Part shown: positions 1 through 10,523 of the stretch, in pieces | Numbering within the stretch: the stretch's first letter is position 1 | Layout of the letters: each line of letters begins with the position of its first letter | Source of the DNA: a virus | Virus record (IMG/VR): IMGVR_UViG_3300042387_002331 | Direction: 5' to 3' (one strand) | Length of the DNA stretch: 64,000 nucleotides | Position numbers and translations under genes: made by a program | Notes under the pieces: generated by a model | The model's input: only the letters and a program-made list of their open reading frames with translations | What the model was told of the DNA's origin: nothing | The model's database searches: none

Positions 1-2
1 AT

Positions 3-1085
3 TTCAAACGTTTCCACCCTAAACCAGAAGAAGTACAATGTTCAAATCCTGAAGAAGAACCTGAATTTATTAAACCATATTTCGGTTTACGCTTATTCCC
101 AGTATGGCACGTTGGTACAGATTACCTATCTGAAATTGCTAAAAATTGGTACGATTATTTAGTATCTAAAGGTGTAAACTTTAAATGGGAAACTAAAGTA
201 ACTGATATTAATTTTGAAAAAAATACTTTAGGATATTCTCATATGCCTATTAAATTAGGTAAATTAAAATCTTTAAAATATGATAAACTTATTTTTGCAG
301 TAGGAAAATCAGGTATTGATTTCGCCCAAGAATTAGCCAACCAATATGAACTCCCAGACGAACCTAAATCAGTACAAATTGGAGTTCGATTTGAAGCACC
401 ACAAAAACACTTCCAAAAACTAATTGATATTTCATATGACTTTAAGTTGTATAGAAAATTTGATGATAAAGGTGTTTCATTACGTTCATTTTGTACAAAT
501 AATAATGCTGCTTATGTTGCTGTAGAAGAAACATATGGAGATCACAGTTATAATGGTCACGCTAAAAAAGATGAGCGTTACAGAAACGATATGACAAACT
601 TTGGTATCTTGATGGAAATTAATGGTATTGAAGATCCATTTACTTGGTCACGTAATGTAGTTTCTAAAATACAATATTCATCCCCTTTCCCTATAGATTT
701 AGACTACCCAGAAGGTACTAGAACAGGATTATATTACAGTCCATCACGTCAACCATCAACCACATCTGAAGGTAATGAAGTGAGTGCAAAGCAAATTAGT
801 TTAGATGCTTTAACTCATGTTGTTGAACCTGCTATGGAAGGTTACTTTAAATATGTTTGGGATTTTATCCAAGATATGAAAAAAGTATTCCCAACATTGC
901 AAGACGATTGGGGTATTTACATTCCTGAAGTAAAATATTTGTCACCTGAACCGTTAGTAAACTATAAAGATCTTAGTTTAACAAAATATTCTAACGTACA
1001 TTTCGTAGGTGATGCTTTAAGTGCTAGAGGAATTACAGTATCAGGTGCACAAGCAATTTATGTAGCAGAAAATTTAATTAAATAA
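3..1085 (+). CDS. FAD/NAD(P)-dependent oxidoreductase (uncharacterised FAD-dependent dehydrogenase family), 5'-truncated by the window edge
   Basis: The frame is open from position 3, upstream of the ORF-track start at 243. Motifs IFAVGKSG, VQIGVRFE, RSFCTN, SYNGH, TNFGIL and C-terminal FVGDALSARGITVSG. Confidence 0.75.
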   Translation, partial: FKRFHPKPEEVQCSNPEEEPEFIKPYFGLRLFPVWHVGTDYLSEIAKNWYDYLVSKGVNFKWETKVTDINFEKNTLGYSHMPIKLGKLKSLKYDKLIFAVGKSGIDFAQELANQYELPDEPKSVQIGVRFEAPQKHFQKLIDISYDFKLYRKFDDKGVSLRSFCTNNNAAYVAVEETYGDHSYNGHAKKDERYRNDMTNFGILMEINGIEDPFTWSRNVVSKIQYSSPFPIDLDYPEGTRTGLYYSPSRQPSTTSEGNEVSAKQISLDALTHVVEPAMEGYFKYVWDFIQDMKKVFPTLQDDWGIYIPEVKYLSPEPLVNYKDLSLTKYSNVHFVGDALSARGITVSGAQAIYVAENLIK

Positions 1086-1091
1086 AAAGTT

Positions 1092-1622
1092 ATGAAAATA
1101 GGTCTTTGTGGAACAATTTCAGTTGGTAAAACAACATTAGTTAATGCATTAAAAGAATTACCTGAATTTGCTGGGTATGAATTTAAAACAGAACGTTCAA
1201 AATATTTACGTGATTTAGGTATTCCACTAAACACTGATTCAACATTAAAAGGTCAAATAGTGTTTATGGCTGAACGTGCAAGTGAACTTATGTTAGATGA
1301 TATGATAACAGATAGAACTATAATTGATGTTATGGCGTTTACACGTTTAGCTAAATCAATTCCATACTTTGTAGCAGATGATTTTAACGATGCTGTATCT
1401 CATTTACTTCGCGAATATGATTACATATTTTATGTTTCACCTGAAGGTGTAGAACTTGAAGATAATGGAGTACGTGTTGTAAATGCTGAATACAGAAAAA
1501 AAATTGATGAAGAAATACAACAACTTATCACTAAACATAAAAGCAAATTTAAAAACTATGCTGAATTATCGGGTACTACCGAGGAGAGAATACAGAAAGT
1601 TAAACAAGTAATAGGTCTCTAA
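1092..1622 (+). CDS. P-loop nucleoside/nucleotide kinase-like protein (AAA_28/NadR-like)
   Basis: N-terminal Walker A GTISVGKTT, then ITDRTIID, YDYIFYV and EDNGVR. Confidence 0.7.
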   Translation: MKIGLCGTISVGKTTLVNALKELPEFAGYEFKTERSKYLRDLGIPLNTDSTLKGQIVFMAERASELMLDDMITDRTIIDVMAFTRLAKSIPYFVADDFNDAVSHLLREYDYIFYVSPEGVELEDNGVRVVNAEYRKKIDEEIQQLITKHKSKFKNYAELSGTTEERIQKVKQVIGL

Positions 1623-1630
1623 TATTTATA
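1622..1630 (+). promoter_or_regulatory. Putative phage late promoter ATAT(T/G)TATA (first of about 22 copies)
   Basis: Same motif shortly upstream of the ATG at 1622, 6731, 13675 (variant), 14400, 14924, 17864, 20136, 22208, 25049, 29762, 30851, 31747, 33566, 35307, 38366, 38753, 39817, 42252, 58078, 60135 and 61629, plus a reverse copy at 29757-29765. Confidence 0.75.
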
Positions 1631-1644
1631 AATAAAATTAAATA

Positions 1645-2496
1645 ATGAAAACATCCCGTTTACTTGAAATCATACGTGAAGAAATTTCAGCAGCTTTAAG
1701 AGAAGGTGAAGCTGAAGACAAATTAGCTAAAGATGCCCAAGTCAGAGCAACTGATTTAGAAATTAAAGCTTTACAAAAGAAAAAAGCTGAATTAATGAAA
1801 ACAGGTGTAGCTGAAGCTGAAGACCTAAATGAAATCCCAGATTTTGGTGGTAGATTTGATCAACAAGTAGCAAAAAAATATGGTGAAGATAAAACATTAG
1901 AAGATGCTACAAAAGATATCACAGATGAAATCCTTAAAGATATGGGTGTTACTCGTGAAGATCTTAAAAAAGACGAAGATAAAGCAAAAGAAGTACTTAA
2001 AGCTATTCGTTCTAAAGTAGTTGGTAAAAACCAAGATCCACGTGTTAAAAAAGCATTAGAAAAACAAACAGAATTTGATGATTCTGGAAATGCTCTTCAA
2101 GCAAATCAAACTAACAATGCTATTTTAAAAGCTTTAGGTTTAAAAGAACCTGGACAACGTGGTAGAAAAGCATCTGAAAAACCATCTGAAGAAAAACCAT
2201 CTAAAGCTGAAAAAGCTCCTAAATCAAAACCTGAACATAAAAAAGTAGAAGCAGAAGATGATGAAGACAAAGAAGCAGCTAAAGCAGCAAGCAGTGATGA
2301 AACAGCAAAAGAATTAGGAAGTACACCTGAAGAAAAGAAAGTAAAATTTAATCAATTTTTATCATCTGTTAAGAAAAACAAAGAAGATAAAGCTAAAATT
2401 GATGGTCTTTTAAAACTAGCAAAAGATAAATTTAAATTTCCTAAAACAATGATGGATGATTTAAAACGTGCTGCTGGTAGAGATGTTGAAGTATGA
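1645..2496 (+). CDS. Hypothetical highly charged protein, possible internal head protein
   Basis: K/E-rich; N-terminal LLEIIREEI motif; QRGRK motif; late promoter upstream. Confidence 0.55.
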   Translation: MKTSRLLEIIREEISAALREGEAEDKLAKDAQVRATDLEIKALQKKKAELMKTGVAEAEDLNEIPDFGGRFDQQVAKKYGEDKTLEDATKDITDEILKDMGVTREDLKKDEDKAKEVLKAIRSKVVGKNQDPRVKKALEKQTEFDDSGNALQANQTNNAILKALGLKEPGQRGRKASEKPSEEKPSKAEKAPKSKPEHKKVEAEDDEDKEAAKAASSDETAKELGSTPEEKKVKFNQFLSSVKKNKEDKAKIDGLLKLAKDKFKFPKTMMDDLKRAAGRDVEV

Positions 2497-2855
2497 TAAA
2501 AGATAAAACATTTGAAGTAAAGTTATCCCATCTAATTATAGGTGGGATACTTTTACTATTGTTGTTATATCTTATATATGTTCGAATCCAACCTACCCCA
2601 TTACCCGACTACAGCAAATATAAACAAAAAATAGAAGAATTACAAAAAGAAATTAATAGATTAAAAAATACTCAAGATACATTAACTATTGATTTAGGTA
2701 AACAAAGAAAGGTTATAGATTCATTAGACAATGAGGTTATAAAAACAGAAAAAGAGTTAATTAAAACACGTTTATATTATGATAAAAAAATTAAAGATCT
2801 TATTAGTTCTTCTCCTTCTGAACTCAGTGACTTTTTCTCAAAAAGATACAAATAA
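2493..2855 (+). CDS. Membrane-anchored coiled-coil protein (possible spanin-like)
   Basis: N-terminal TM segment LIIGGILLLLLLYLIYV followed by a heptad coiled coil. Confidence 0.55.
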   Translation: MIKDKTFEVKLSHLIIGGILLLLLLYLIYVRIQPTPLPDYSKYKQKIEELQKEINRLKNTQDTLTIDLGKQRKVIDSLDNEVIKTEKELIKTRLYYDKKIKDLISSSPSELSDFFSKRYK

Positions 2856-3207
2856 AATTTGTTTTCCATACTCTACAGCAAGACAAATAGCAATTGATTT
2901 AGTTAAAGGAGATTCAGCTATTGCTGAATTAAAAGTTGTAAACAAATTAGTATGGCAACTTAATGAAAAAGTTGAAGCTCAAGATAGCCTTATCTCATTA
3001 CATATTAAACGAGAAAATAACTATGTTAAACAAATAAACAATTACGAAAAAATAGTTGTTGAAAAAGATAAAATAATCACAGGACTTGAAAAAAATGTCA
3101 CTGATTTAACCCGCAAAAATAATAATCTAAAATCAGGACTTAAGTGGTTAGGTGGAGGATTCGTGGCTTCCGTACTTACTATTATTACATTTATAGTAGT
3201 TAAATAA
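2779..3207 (+). CDS. Signal-peptide coiled-coil protein with C-terminal TM helix (possible spanin-like partner)
   Basis: Signal KKLKILLVLLLLNSVTFS-Q; coiled coil; C-terminal WLGGGFVASVLTIITFIVVK; overlaps the previous ORF by 77 nt. Confidence 0.55.
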   Translation: MIKKLKILLVLLLLNSVTFSQKDTNKICFPYSTARQIAIDLVKGDSAIAELKVVNKLVWQLNEKVEAQDSLISLHIKRENNYVKQINNYEKIVVEKDKIITGLEKNVTDLTRKNNNLKSGLKWLGGGFVASVLTIITFIVVK

Positions 3208-4811
3208 TGGAAGAACAAAAAAATTTAAAACAGGTAGTCCGAGAGGAGTATATAAAGTGTGCCCAATCACCGGCATATTTTATGAAAAAATACTGCTACA
3301 TCCAGCATCCAAAACGCGGACGTATCCAATTTAATCTTTATCCATTCCAAGAAAAAGTACTTACTTTATTCCAAGAAAATCCATATTCAATAGTACTTAA
3401 ATCTCGTCAGTTAGGTATTTCAACATTATCCGCAGGTTATTCATTGTGGTTAATGTTATTCCATGAAGATAAAAACGTATTGTGTATTGCAACTAAACAG
3501 GAAACCGCTAAAAACATGGTTACCAAAGTTAAGTTCATGTACGAAAGTTTACCCTCATGGCTTAAATTTGCAAGTAAACCTGACGAAGCAAATAAATTAA
3601 CACTTCGATTACCAAATGGATCTCAAGTTAAAGCAATTGGAGCATCAGCAGATGCAGGTCGATCAGAAGCTGTTTCTTTGTTGATTATAGATGAGGCTGC
3701 CTTTATTCACAATATTGGTGAAATATGGGCTTCAGCTCAACAAACCTTAGCTACTGGTGGAGGTTGTATTGCATTATCTACTCCTTATGGTACAGGTAAT
3801 TGGTTTCATAAAACATGGGTTGCTGCAGAAATGGGTGATAATAGTTTTTTACCTATTAGATTACCTTGGAGTGTACATCCTGAACGAGATCAATCTTGGA
3901 GAGATCAACAAGATGCTGACTTAGGTATTCGAATGGCAGCACAAGAATGTGATTGTGACTTCACCACATCTGGTGATACAGTATTTACCCCAGAAGATAT
4001 TACTTTTTACGAACAATTTCACGTGAAAGATCCTCTTGAAAAACGTGGTATTGATCAAAACCTATGGATTTGGGAACCAGCTGATTATTCTAGGAACTAT
4101 CTGATCGTAGCTGATGTAGCTCGTGGCGATGGTAAGGATTTTTCAGCGTTTCACATTTTTGATGTTGAAACATTCACTCAGGTAGGTGAATATAAGGGCC
4201 AAATCAACACAAAAGATTATGGAAATTTATTAGTAAGCATTGCTACAGAATACAATAATGCTTTACTTGCAGTTGAAAATCAAAGTGTAGGTTGGTCAAC
4301 AGTACAAACAGTTTTAGATAGAGGTTATCAAAACTTTTATTATTCACCAAAAGGTGGAGCAAATAGTGTAGATTCTTTCTTTGATCCTTATATGGACCAC
4401 AGTAAAATGACACCTGGTTTTACTATGTCAAATACAACTCGCCCAATAGCAATTGGAAAATTCCAAGAAGCTGTCATGGATAAAGCAGTTGTTTTCCGTT
4501 CTGTGCGTCTATTAGAGGAAATGAAAGTATTTATATGGAGAAACGGTAGAGCAGAAGCTCAAGGAGGATACAATGATGACTTAATTATGGCATTTTGTAT
4601 TGGGTGTTATTTACGCGAAACTGCTTTCAAACTTAGAACAAATAACATGGAAATGACTAAAAGTATGTTGAACAGTATAGGTAATTCTAAAACAGCATAT
4701 GCTGGAGGTTATTCCAATGGAGTTAATTATGCCGATAAACATAATAATAACCCATTCAAAATAAACAACCCTTATTCAAATGGTCAAGAAGATATTTCTT
4801 GGCTTTTATAA
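3207..4811 (+). CDS. Terminase large subunit (T4 gp17-like)
   Basis: LYPFQ adenine motif, KSRQLGIST Walker A, LLIIDEAAF Walker B, STPYG, nuclease DVARGDGKDFS and NDDLIMA. Confidence 0.95.
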   Translation: MEEQKNLKQVVREEYIKCAQSPAYFMKKYCYIQHPKRGRIQFNLYPFQEKVLTLFQENPYSIVLKSRQLGISTLSAGYSLWLMLFHEDKNVLCIATKQETAKNMVTKVKFMYESLPSWLKFASKPDEANKLTLRLPNGSQVKAIGASADAGRSEAVSLLIIDEAAFIHNIGEIWASAQQTLATGGGCIALSTPYGTGNWFHKTWVAAEMGDNSFLPIRLPWSVHPERDQSWRDQQDADLGIRMAAQECDCDFTTSGDTVFTPEDITFYEQFHVKDPLEKRGIDQNLWIWEPADYSRNYLIVADVARGDGKDFSAFHIFDVETFTQVGEYKGQINTKDYGNLLVSIATEYNNALLAVENQSVGWSTVQTVLDRGYQNFYYSPKGGANSVDSFFDPYMDHSKMTPGFTMSNTTRPIAIGKFQEAVMDKAVVFRSVRLLEEMKVFIWRNGRAEAQGGYNDDLIMAFCIGCYLRETAFKLRTNNMEMTKSMLNSIGNSKTAYAGGYSNGVNYADKHNNNPFKINNPYSNGQEDISWLL

Positions 4812-4820
4812 AAACAAAAC

Positions 4821-6719
4821 ATGGCAGATACAGGATTATTTAGTAGATTAAGACGATTATTTTCAACAGACGTTATTATCCGAAACGAAGGAGATAACCA
4901 ATTGAAAGTTTTTGATATTAACAAGATACAAGTTTCAGGTGAATATGAAACTAATGCACTTGTAGACAGATTTAACCGAATTTATACTAACTCACATACT
5001 TCAATTTATGGATACCAAAGTAGTTTTAACTATCAAACTTTACGCCCTACGCTTTATTCTGAATATGACTCAATGGATACAGATGCTATTATCGCCTCTG
5101 CTTTAGATATTTTAGCTGATGAAAGTACTTTACGTAATGACATGGGTGAAGTATTACAAATCCGTTCTTCAGATGAAGATGTACAAAAAATTCTATACAA
5201 CTTATTTTATGATGTATTGAATATTGAATTTAACCTATGGCCTTGGATTCGTAATATGTTGAAATATGGTGATTTCTTCTTAAAATTAGAAATTGCTGAA
5301 AAATTCGGTGTATATAATGTAATCCCTTACAATGCATTCCATATTGAAAGACAAGATGGATATGATAAAGACCACCCAAATTCAGTACGTTTTAGATTTG
5401 ACCCAGATGGTATTTCATCCCCTTCAGATTATGGTTATTACAACGTACCTAATGCTGGTAATCAAGCAAATGCTATTTTCTTTGACAATTATGAAATGTC
5501 ACATTTCCGTTTATTAACGGATACTAACTTTTTACCTTATGGTAGATCGTATTTAGAGCCTGCTCGTAAGTTATTTAAACAATATACTATGATGGAAGAT
5601 GCAATGTTAATCCATCGTATTGTTCGTGCGCCTGAAAAACGTATATTCTATATCAACGTTGGAAATATTGCACCTGCTGAAGTAGAAAACTTTATGCAGA
5701 AAACAATCTCCAAAATGAAACGTACTCCATATATTGACCAACAAACTGGTGATTATAATTTGAAGTACAACATGCAAAACCTACTTGAAGACTTTTACAT
5801 CCCAGTAAGAGGTAATGATCAAGCAACTAAAATTGATAATTTAGGTGGTTTGCAATGGACAGGTATTGAGGACGTTACATATCTAAGAGATAAGTTATTT
5901 GCTGCTCTTAAAGTGCCTAAAGCATTTATGGGGTATGAAAAAGATTTAACAGGTAAAGCAACTTTAGCCGCTGAAGATATTCGTTTTGCACGTACCATTG
6001 AACGTATCCAACGTATTGTAGTATCTGAGTTGACTAAAATTGCTTTGGTTCATTTATACGCTCAAGGATATCGTGACGAAAGTATGACAAATTTTGAATT
6101 GTCATTAACTACTCCATCAATTATCTATGACCAAGAAAGAATAGCATTAATGAAAGAAAAAGTTGAATTAGCTAATTCAATGATGGAAAATAAATTGATG
6201 CCTAGCGATTGGATATATGAAAATGTATTCCATTTAAGTGAAGATCAATATGATGAATATAGAGACTTGATTATTCAAGATGCTAAACGTAAATTCCGTC
6301 TTACACAAATTGAAAACGAAGGTAACGATCCATTGGAAACAGGAAAATCATACGGCACACCACACGATTTAGCAGCTCTATATGGTAGAGGTAGATACGA
6401 AGATAATAGTGTACCTGTTGGATATGATGAAGATGCTGATTTAGGCCGCCCTTCAGAAAAAGTAACCAACAAAAATACACAAGATAATGCATTTGGAAAA
6501 GATAGACTTGGTTCAGACGGCATTAAAAAAGATGGAGATGAGTCAAATTCAATTAAACCACAGTATAAAGGTGGAAGTCCATTAGCTCTTGAAACTAAAA
6601 ACAAAAGAAATCGTAACGCCAAGATGTTTAATGATATAAAAAATCAAACTAAACAAATGATTTTTGAATCAGATATCCGAGGAAATTCGCTATTAGATGA
6701 ATCACAAATACGAGAGTAA
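4821..6719 (+). CDS. Portal protein (T4 gp20-like)
   Basis: MMEDAMLIHRIVRAPEKRIFYINVGN, EDFYIPVRG and ALKVPK motifs; follows the terminase. Confidence 0.93.
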   Translation: MADTGLFSRLRRLFSTDVIIRNEGDNQLKVFDINKIQVSGEYETNALVDRFNRIYTNSHTSIYGYQSSFNYQTLRPTLYSEYDSMDTDAIIASALDILADESTLRNDMGEVLQIRSSDEDVQKILYNLFYDVLNIEFNLWPWIRNMLKYGDFFLKLEIAEKFGVYNVIPYNAFHIERQDGYDKDHPNSVRFRFDPDGISSPSDYGYYNVPNAGNQANAIFFDNYEMSHFRLLTDTNFLPYGRSYLEPARKLFKQYTMMEDAMLIHRIVRAPEKRIFYINVGNIAPAEVENFMQKTISKMKRTPYIDQQTGDYNLKYNMQNLLEDFYIPVRGNDQATKIDNLGGLQWTGIEDVTYLRDKLFAALKVPKAFMGYEKDLTGKATLAAEDIRFARTIERIQRIVVSELTKIALVHLYAQGYRDESMTNFELSLTTPSIIYDQERIALMKEKVELANSMMENKLMPSDWIYENVFHLSEDQYDEYRDLIIQDAKRKFRLTQIENEGNDPLETGKSYGTPHDLAALYGRGRYEDNSVPVGYDEDADLGRPSEKVTNKNTQDNAFGKDRLGSDGIKKDGDESNSIKPQYKGGSPLALETKNKRNRNAKMFNDIKNQTKQMIFESDIRGNSLLDESQIRE

Positions 6720-6756
6720 AAAAGTTCCACATATTTATAAATAAAATAATATTAGA

Positions 6757-7614
6757 ATGCAAATCAAACATTCAAAGTATAAAAATACTGGTATCCTTTT
6801 TGAATTATTGGTTCGCCAAATTACCACTGATACATTAGATGGTAAGGATTCACCGGCAAAAGATATACTTAAAAAATATTTCGTTAAATCGGAATTGGGT
6901 CGTGAGTATAAGTTATATGAAACTTTATTAAAAAAGACGTCCTTAACCGAAGGAAAAGCTAACGTTGTAGTTAGTACATTAATTGACTCATCCAAAACAT
7001 TAAATAGAGGAGCAATTAAACGTCAAAAATATAATTTGATTAGTGAAATTCAAAAACACTACAACATTAACGAGTTTTTTAATCATAAGCTTCCAAACTA
7101 TAAAATGTATGCTGCTTTTTATACATTATTAGAAATTGCCAACTCACAAGAATCAGTAGATCCTGAACAAGCAATTAACAATAAAGTAACTATTTTAGAG
7201 CATTTAACTGCAGCTAAAATTACTGAAGGTAAAGTTCGTGATGAAGTAATGTCTGAATTTGAAAAAGCCGATAAAGATGTACGTTTATTAGCTTATAAAA
7301 TAGTATTAGAAAATTTCAATGAAAAATACGATACATTACACCCAAAACAAAAATCGGTATTAAAAGAGTATATTACCTCTATTGACAACACACCACGTTT
7401 AAGAGAATTTTATACTAGTAAGATAACAGAAATTAAAAATGAATTGGTTACATTGAATAAGAAAACCAAAAACCAAGCCACTAAAATTAAAATTGACGAA
7501 ATCATTACAGTTATTAACCCACCAGCTAAAAATGCTAAAATAACTGACAATGACTTAGTTGACTTGTTACAGTACTATGACTTAATTAATGAATTAGAAA
7601 CTGTAAATGGATAA
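6757..7614 (+). CDS. Hypothetical protein of the head module
   Basis: Full ORF with its own late-promoter motif at 6731, between portal and protease. Confidence 0.6.
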   Translation: MQIKHSKYKNTGILFELLVRQITTDTLDGKDSPAKDILKKYFVKSELGREYKLYETLLKKTSLTEGKANVVVSTLIDSSKTLNRGAIKRQKYNLISEIQKHYNINEFFNHKLPNYKMYAAFYTLLEIANSQESVDPEQAINNKVTILEHLTAAKITEGKVRDEVMSEFEKADKDVRLLAYKIVLENFNEKYDTLHPKQKSVLKEYITSIDNTPRLREFYTSKITEIKNELVTLNKKTKNQATKIKIDEIITVINPPAKNAKITDNDLVDLLQYYDLINELETVNG

Positions 7615-8056
7615 AATTAAAGACATAATTCGTAAAAAACTCAAAGAAATGAGTGCTACCAATGTTGGTGGTGCTTCATTTTCTGCTGGGCAAGGAATGA
7701 ATTACGCTACTCCTGCAGCATTTGCTTCTAAAACAAACGCTAAAGGGACTAAAAATATTTACTACTACAAACTAGGATTTAAACCAGTCCCAGATATTAA
7801 ACCAAAGTCATACGACAAGAAAAAACTTTGGGAAGATGAAATGCTAAACGAAATGAACGATGTTCAAAAAATGCGTATAGCATCATTAGATGAAATTGAA
7901 AAATTGATGAACGAGATTCAACCACTAGTTTCAAACGCTAAAAACGAAACAATTGAATTATATAGTGGAAATGCTGGTTCATACGATATAAACAAACCAA
8001 TAGAAATAGTTAAAAGCTATTTAAAAGAAATAAAACAACTTTTATCAGAAAAATAA
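7607..8056 (+). CDS. Hypothetical head-module protein
   Basis: Overlaps both neighbours; IKDIIRKKLKE motif. Confidence 0.55.
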   Translation: MDKIKDIIRKKLKEMSATNVGGASFSAGQGMNYATPAAFASKTNAKGTKNIYYYKLGFKPVPDIKPKSYDKKKLWEDEMLNEMNDVQKMRIASLDEIEKLMNEIQPLVSNAKNETIELYSGNAGSYDINKPIEIVKSYLKEIKQLLSEK

Positions 8057-9840
8057 TGAAAAAGACTCTACAAGATCAGTATTTGTTAATCAAGGAAGGT
8101 AAAGGACATAAAGGTGTTTTCCTTACAGAGGCAAAACGTCAATTTCCAAATATTGTACGCAATGCTGCTACATTTGACGAGGCAGTATCATCACTTAAAA
8201 CCAAAAACATCATTTCAGAAAATGTAATTTCGGTGATGCCTGCAATTATGGATCGTCCTAAAAAAGAAGCTTATGAAACTGCCTTTGAAGCGTTTTTAGC
8301 TGAAGCTAGAAAAAAAGAAAACGAAGACGAGAAAGTTAAAGCAGAAGAGAAAAAAGTTTCTAAACCTGTAGAAAAAGATCTTGAAAAAAACTTTGATAAT
8401 TCAGACGAGAAAAACCCTGACAATATGATCTTTGATCAAATTATGATGGGTTATTATGCTGAAATGAAGGATCCTAAAAATGCTGATAAAACGATGCAAG
8501 AACTTAAAGACATCGTGTTTAAAAATTTATCTAAAAATCAAATATACTATACTGAAAACGCACAGTTTGGAGTTAAAGATTTAGGATATACTACTGAAGC
8601 ACCTGGTTTAGGTACTCCAAAAGAAGCTAAAGGAAAATACAAATCAAGTGGGTATGGTGATTTAAAAGAGTCTATTCAACCCGTTAACGAAGAAGAAGCT
8701 AAATTGCGCAAAATAATTCGTGAAATGGTTGATGCTGAATTAGAAGAAGCAGGTAGAGGTTTTGCTACTATGGGAACTATTAACCTTAAAGGTGATGGTG
8801 ATGGAAAATTATTTATTCCTAAATACTATATTTTACCTCCTGTAGCCAGAAAAAAACTTAACTTGTTAAATCCTGGAGAAAACGCCCCAGCATATAACGA
8901 GTCTATGATGATCCCTCATATAAAAGTTTTACCTGATAATACAATTTTATACTCTAATTATCTTGTAAACGCACTAGACAATCCTTCAGATAACAGAAAT
9001 CCACTTAATAGTATTTTAAAAAATCTTGAATCAAACTTTTATTGGAGTCAATTTAAAACATATACTAAAAAATTCATTAGTTCTACTGCAGTAAAATATC
9101 CTGTTCTTGGACGAGAAGCAGTTTACAATGTTTTAGAATTTCCTAGTGATTTTGAAGTATTGAAATTAAAAGATTGGGTTGAAAGTGAACTCTCAAAACA
9201 ATACGCTAAACTTCAAAAAGCTGAATCAGGTGTAGTAGGAAGAGGACGCCCAGTTAATATTGAAAGTTTAAAGAAATTTATAGCTAATTTAGAATCTCTT
9301 AACCAAAATCCTGAAGGTGGAATGGTAGTTGTTTTACCTCAAATGTTTGAAGAATCGTATGATGCAGAATCTTTACGTGAAAGTGTAGAAAAAGATTTAG
9401 CTGATATCAACAAAGAAGCAGAACACGAAGTTTTACAAGCTAAATTAGACAAAATTGACGCACTAATCGACCACAGACGTTCTAAACTTGGTAAACTTGA
9501 CGAAGATGAGGATATGAAAGCCTTAACTGACAAGAAAAAAGTAAAAGAACTTGAAAAAGACATCAAAAAGCTAGAGCAAGCAAAGTCAAAAGTTGAAAAA
9601 ATGATGTCAAAATTCAAAGGTAAGAAAAAAGAAGTAATTGACGAAGATGAATCAATTGATGAAAATCTTGATGTAAATCCTGAATATGTTGAAGATGCTG
9701 AAGGTAGATTAGACGCTGGACAAGATGTAGATTCAATTATGGACACATATAGCAATTTAGGAATTGACCAAAAAGATGATTTAGATGACTATCTAAACGA
9801 TATAGCCCCAGACGATTTAAAATCTGATTACGTATACTAA
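8056..9840 (+). CDS. Hypothetical large acidic head-module protein (possible prohead core/internal protein)
   Basis: 594 aa; many (L/I/V)xE motifs; LRKIIREMV; GRGRP. Confidence 0.55.
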   Translation: MKKTLQDQYLLIKEGKGHKGVFLTEAKRQFPNIVRNAATFDEAVSSLKTKNIISENVISVMPAIMDRPKKEAYETAFEAFLAEARKKENEDEKVKAEEKKVSKPVEKDLEKNFDNSDEKNPDNMIFDQIMMGYYAEMKDPKNADKTMQELKDIVFKNLSKNQIYYTENAQFGVKDLGYTTEAPGLGTPKEAKGKYKSSGYGDLKESIQPVNEEEAKLRKIIREMVDAELEEAGRGFATMGTINLKGDGDGKLFIPKYYILPPVARKKLNLLNPGENAPAYNESMMIPHIKVLPDNTILYSNYLVNALDNPSDNRNPLNSILKNLESNFYWSQFKTYTKKFISSTAVKYPVLGREAVYNVLEFPSDFEVLKLKDWVESELSKQYAKLQKAESGVVGRGRPVNIESLKKFIANLESLNQNPEGGMVVVLPQMFEESYDAESLRESVEKDLADINKEAEHEVLQAKLDKIDALIDHRRSKLGKLDEDEDMKALTDKKKVKELEKDIKKLEQAKSKVEKMMSKFKGKKKEVIDEDESIDENLDVNPEYVEDAEGRLDAGQDVDSIMDTYSNLGIDQKDDLDDYLNDIAPDDLKSDYVY

Positions 9841-9841
9841 A

Positions 9842-10474
9842 ATGAGCAAAGAACTTTTAATAGAAACTAGACACTTTGTTCCCAAACCAGTAAAACTGAT
9901 TGAGGGAATGAACAAAGGCGGAAATATTTTCGTTGAAGGTATATTAGCTACTGTTGAAGTTAAAAATGGAAACGGCCGTTACTATAAAAGAGAATTATGG
10001 GAACGTGAAATCGACAATTTTATACGCAAAATCAAACAACACTCTACTGAAACAGTAGGTGAGCTAGACCATCCTGATTCTCAAGTAATCAACCTACGTA
10101 ATGCATCACATGCAATCCGTGAAGTATGGTGGAGAGGAGATGAAATATGGGGAAAAGTTGAAATATTTTCTGATCCAGGTGAATTAGGAACCACTTCAGG
10201 ACGTATTGCAGGTGCATTAGTTAGAAATGGTTTAATTATTGGTATTTCTTCTCGTGGGATGGGTTCGTTAAAGCAAATGGGTGAGGTAATGGAAGTCCAA
10301 GATGATTTTGAATTACTAACATGGGATCTTGTATCTAACCCTTCAAACCCAGATTCATGGATGAAAAATGGTATGTTAAACGAATCTAGAACAACACATT
10401 TAAACGAATACGCGCGCACAAATTCAATTCTTACCGAAATTTTATGTGCAAAAGGTACGTGTCCGTTATTTTAA
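9842..10474 (+). CDS. Prohead core protease (T4 gp21-like)
   Basis: NGNGRYY, GELDHP, ASH, GISSRGMGS and WDLVSNPS catalytic motifs. Confidence 0.93.
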   Translation: MSKELLIETRHFVPKPVKLIEGMNKGGNIFVEGILATVEVKNGNGRYYKRELWEREIDNFIRKIKQHSTETVGELDHPDSQVINLRNASHAIREVWWRGDEIWGKVEIFSDPGELGTTSGRIAGALVRNGLIIGISSRGMGSLKQMGEVMEVQDDFELLTWDLVSNPSNPDSWMKNGMLNESRTTHLNEYARTNSILTEILCAKGTCPLF

Positions 10475-10496
10475 GATATGCAAACCGGTGAAAATC

Positions 10497-10523
10497 GCCC
10501 TCTTTTTTGAGGGCTTTTTTTTT
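10497..10523 (+). terminator. Rho-independent terminator
   Basis: gccctc / gagggc stem followed by a T run. Confidence 0.75.
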
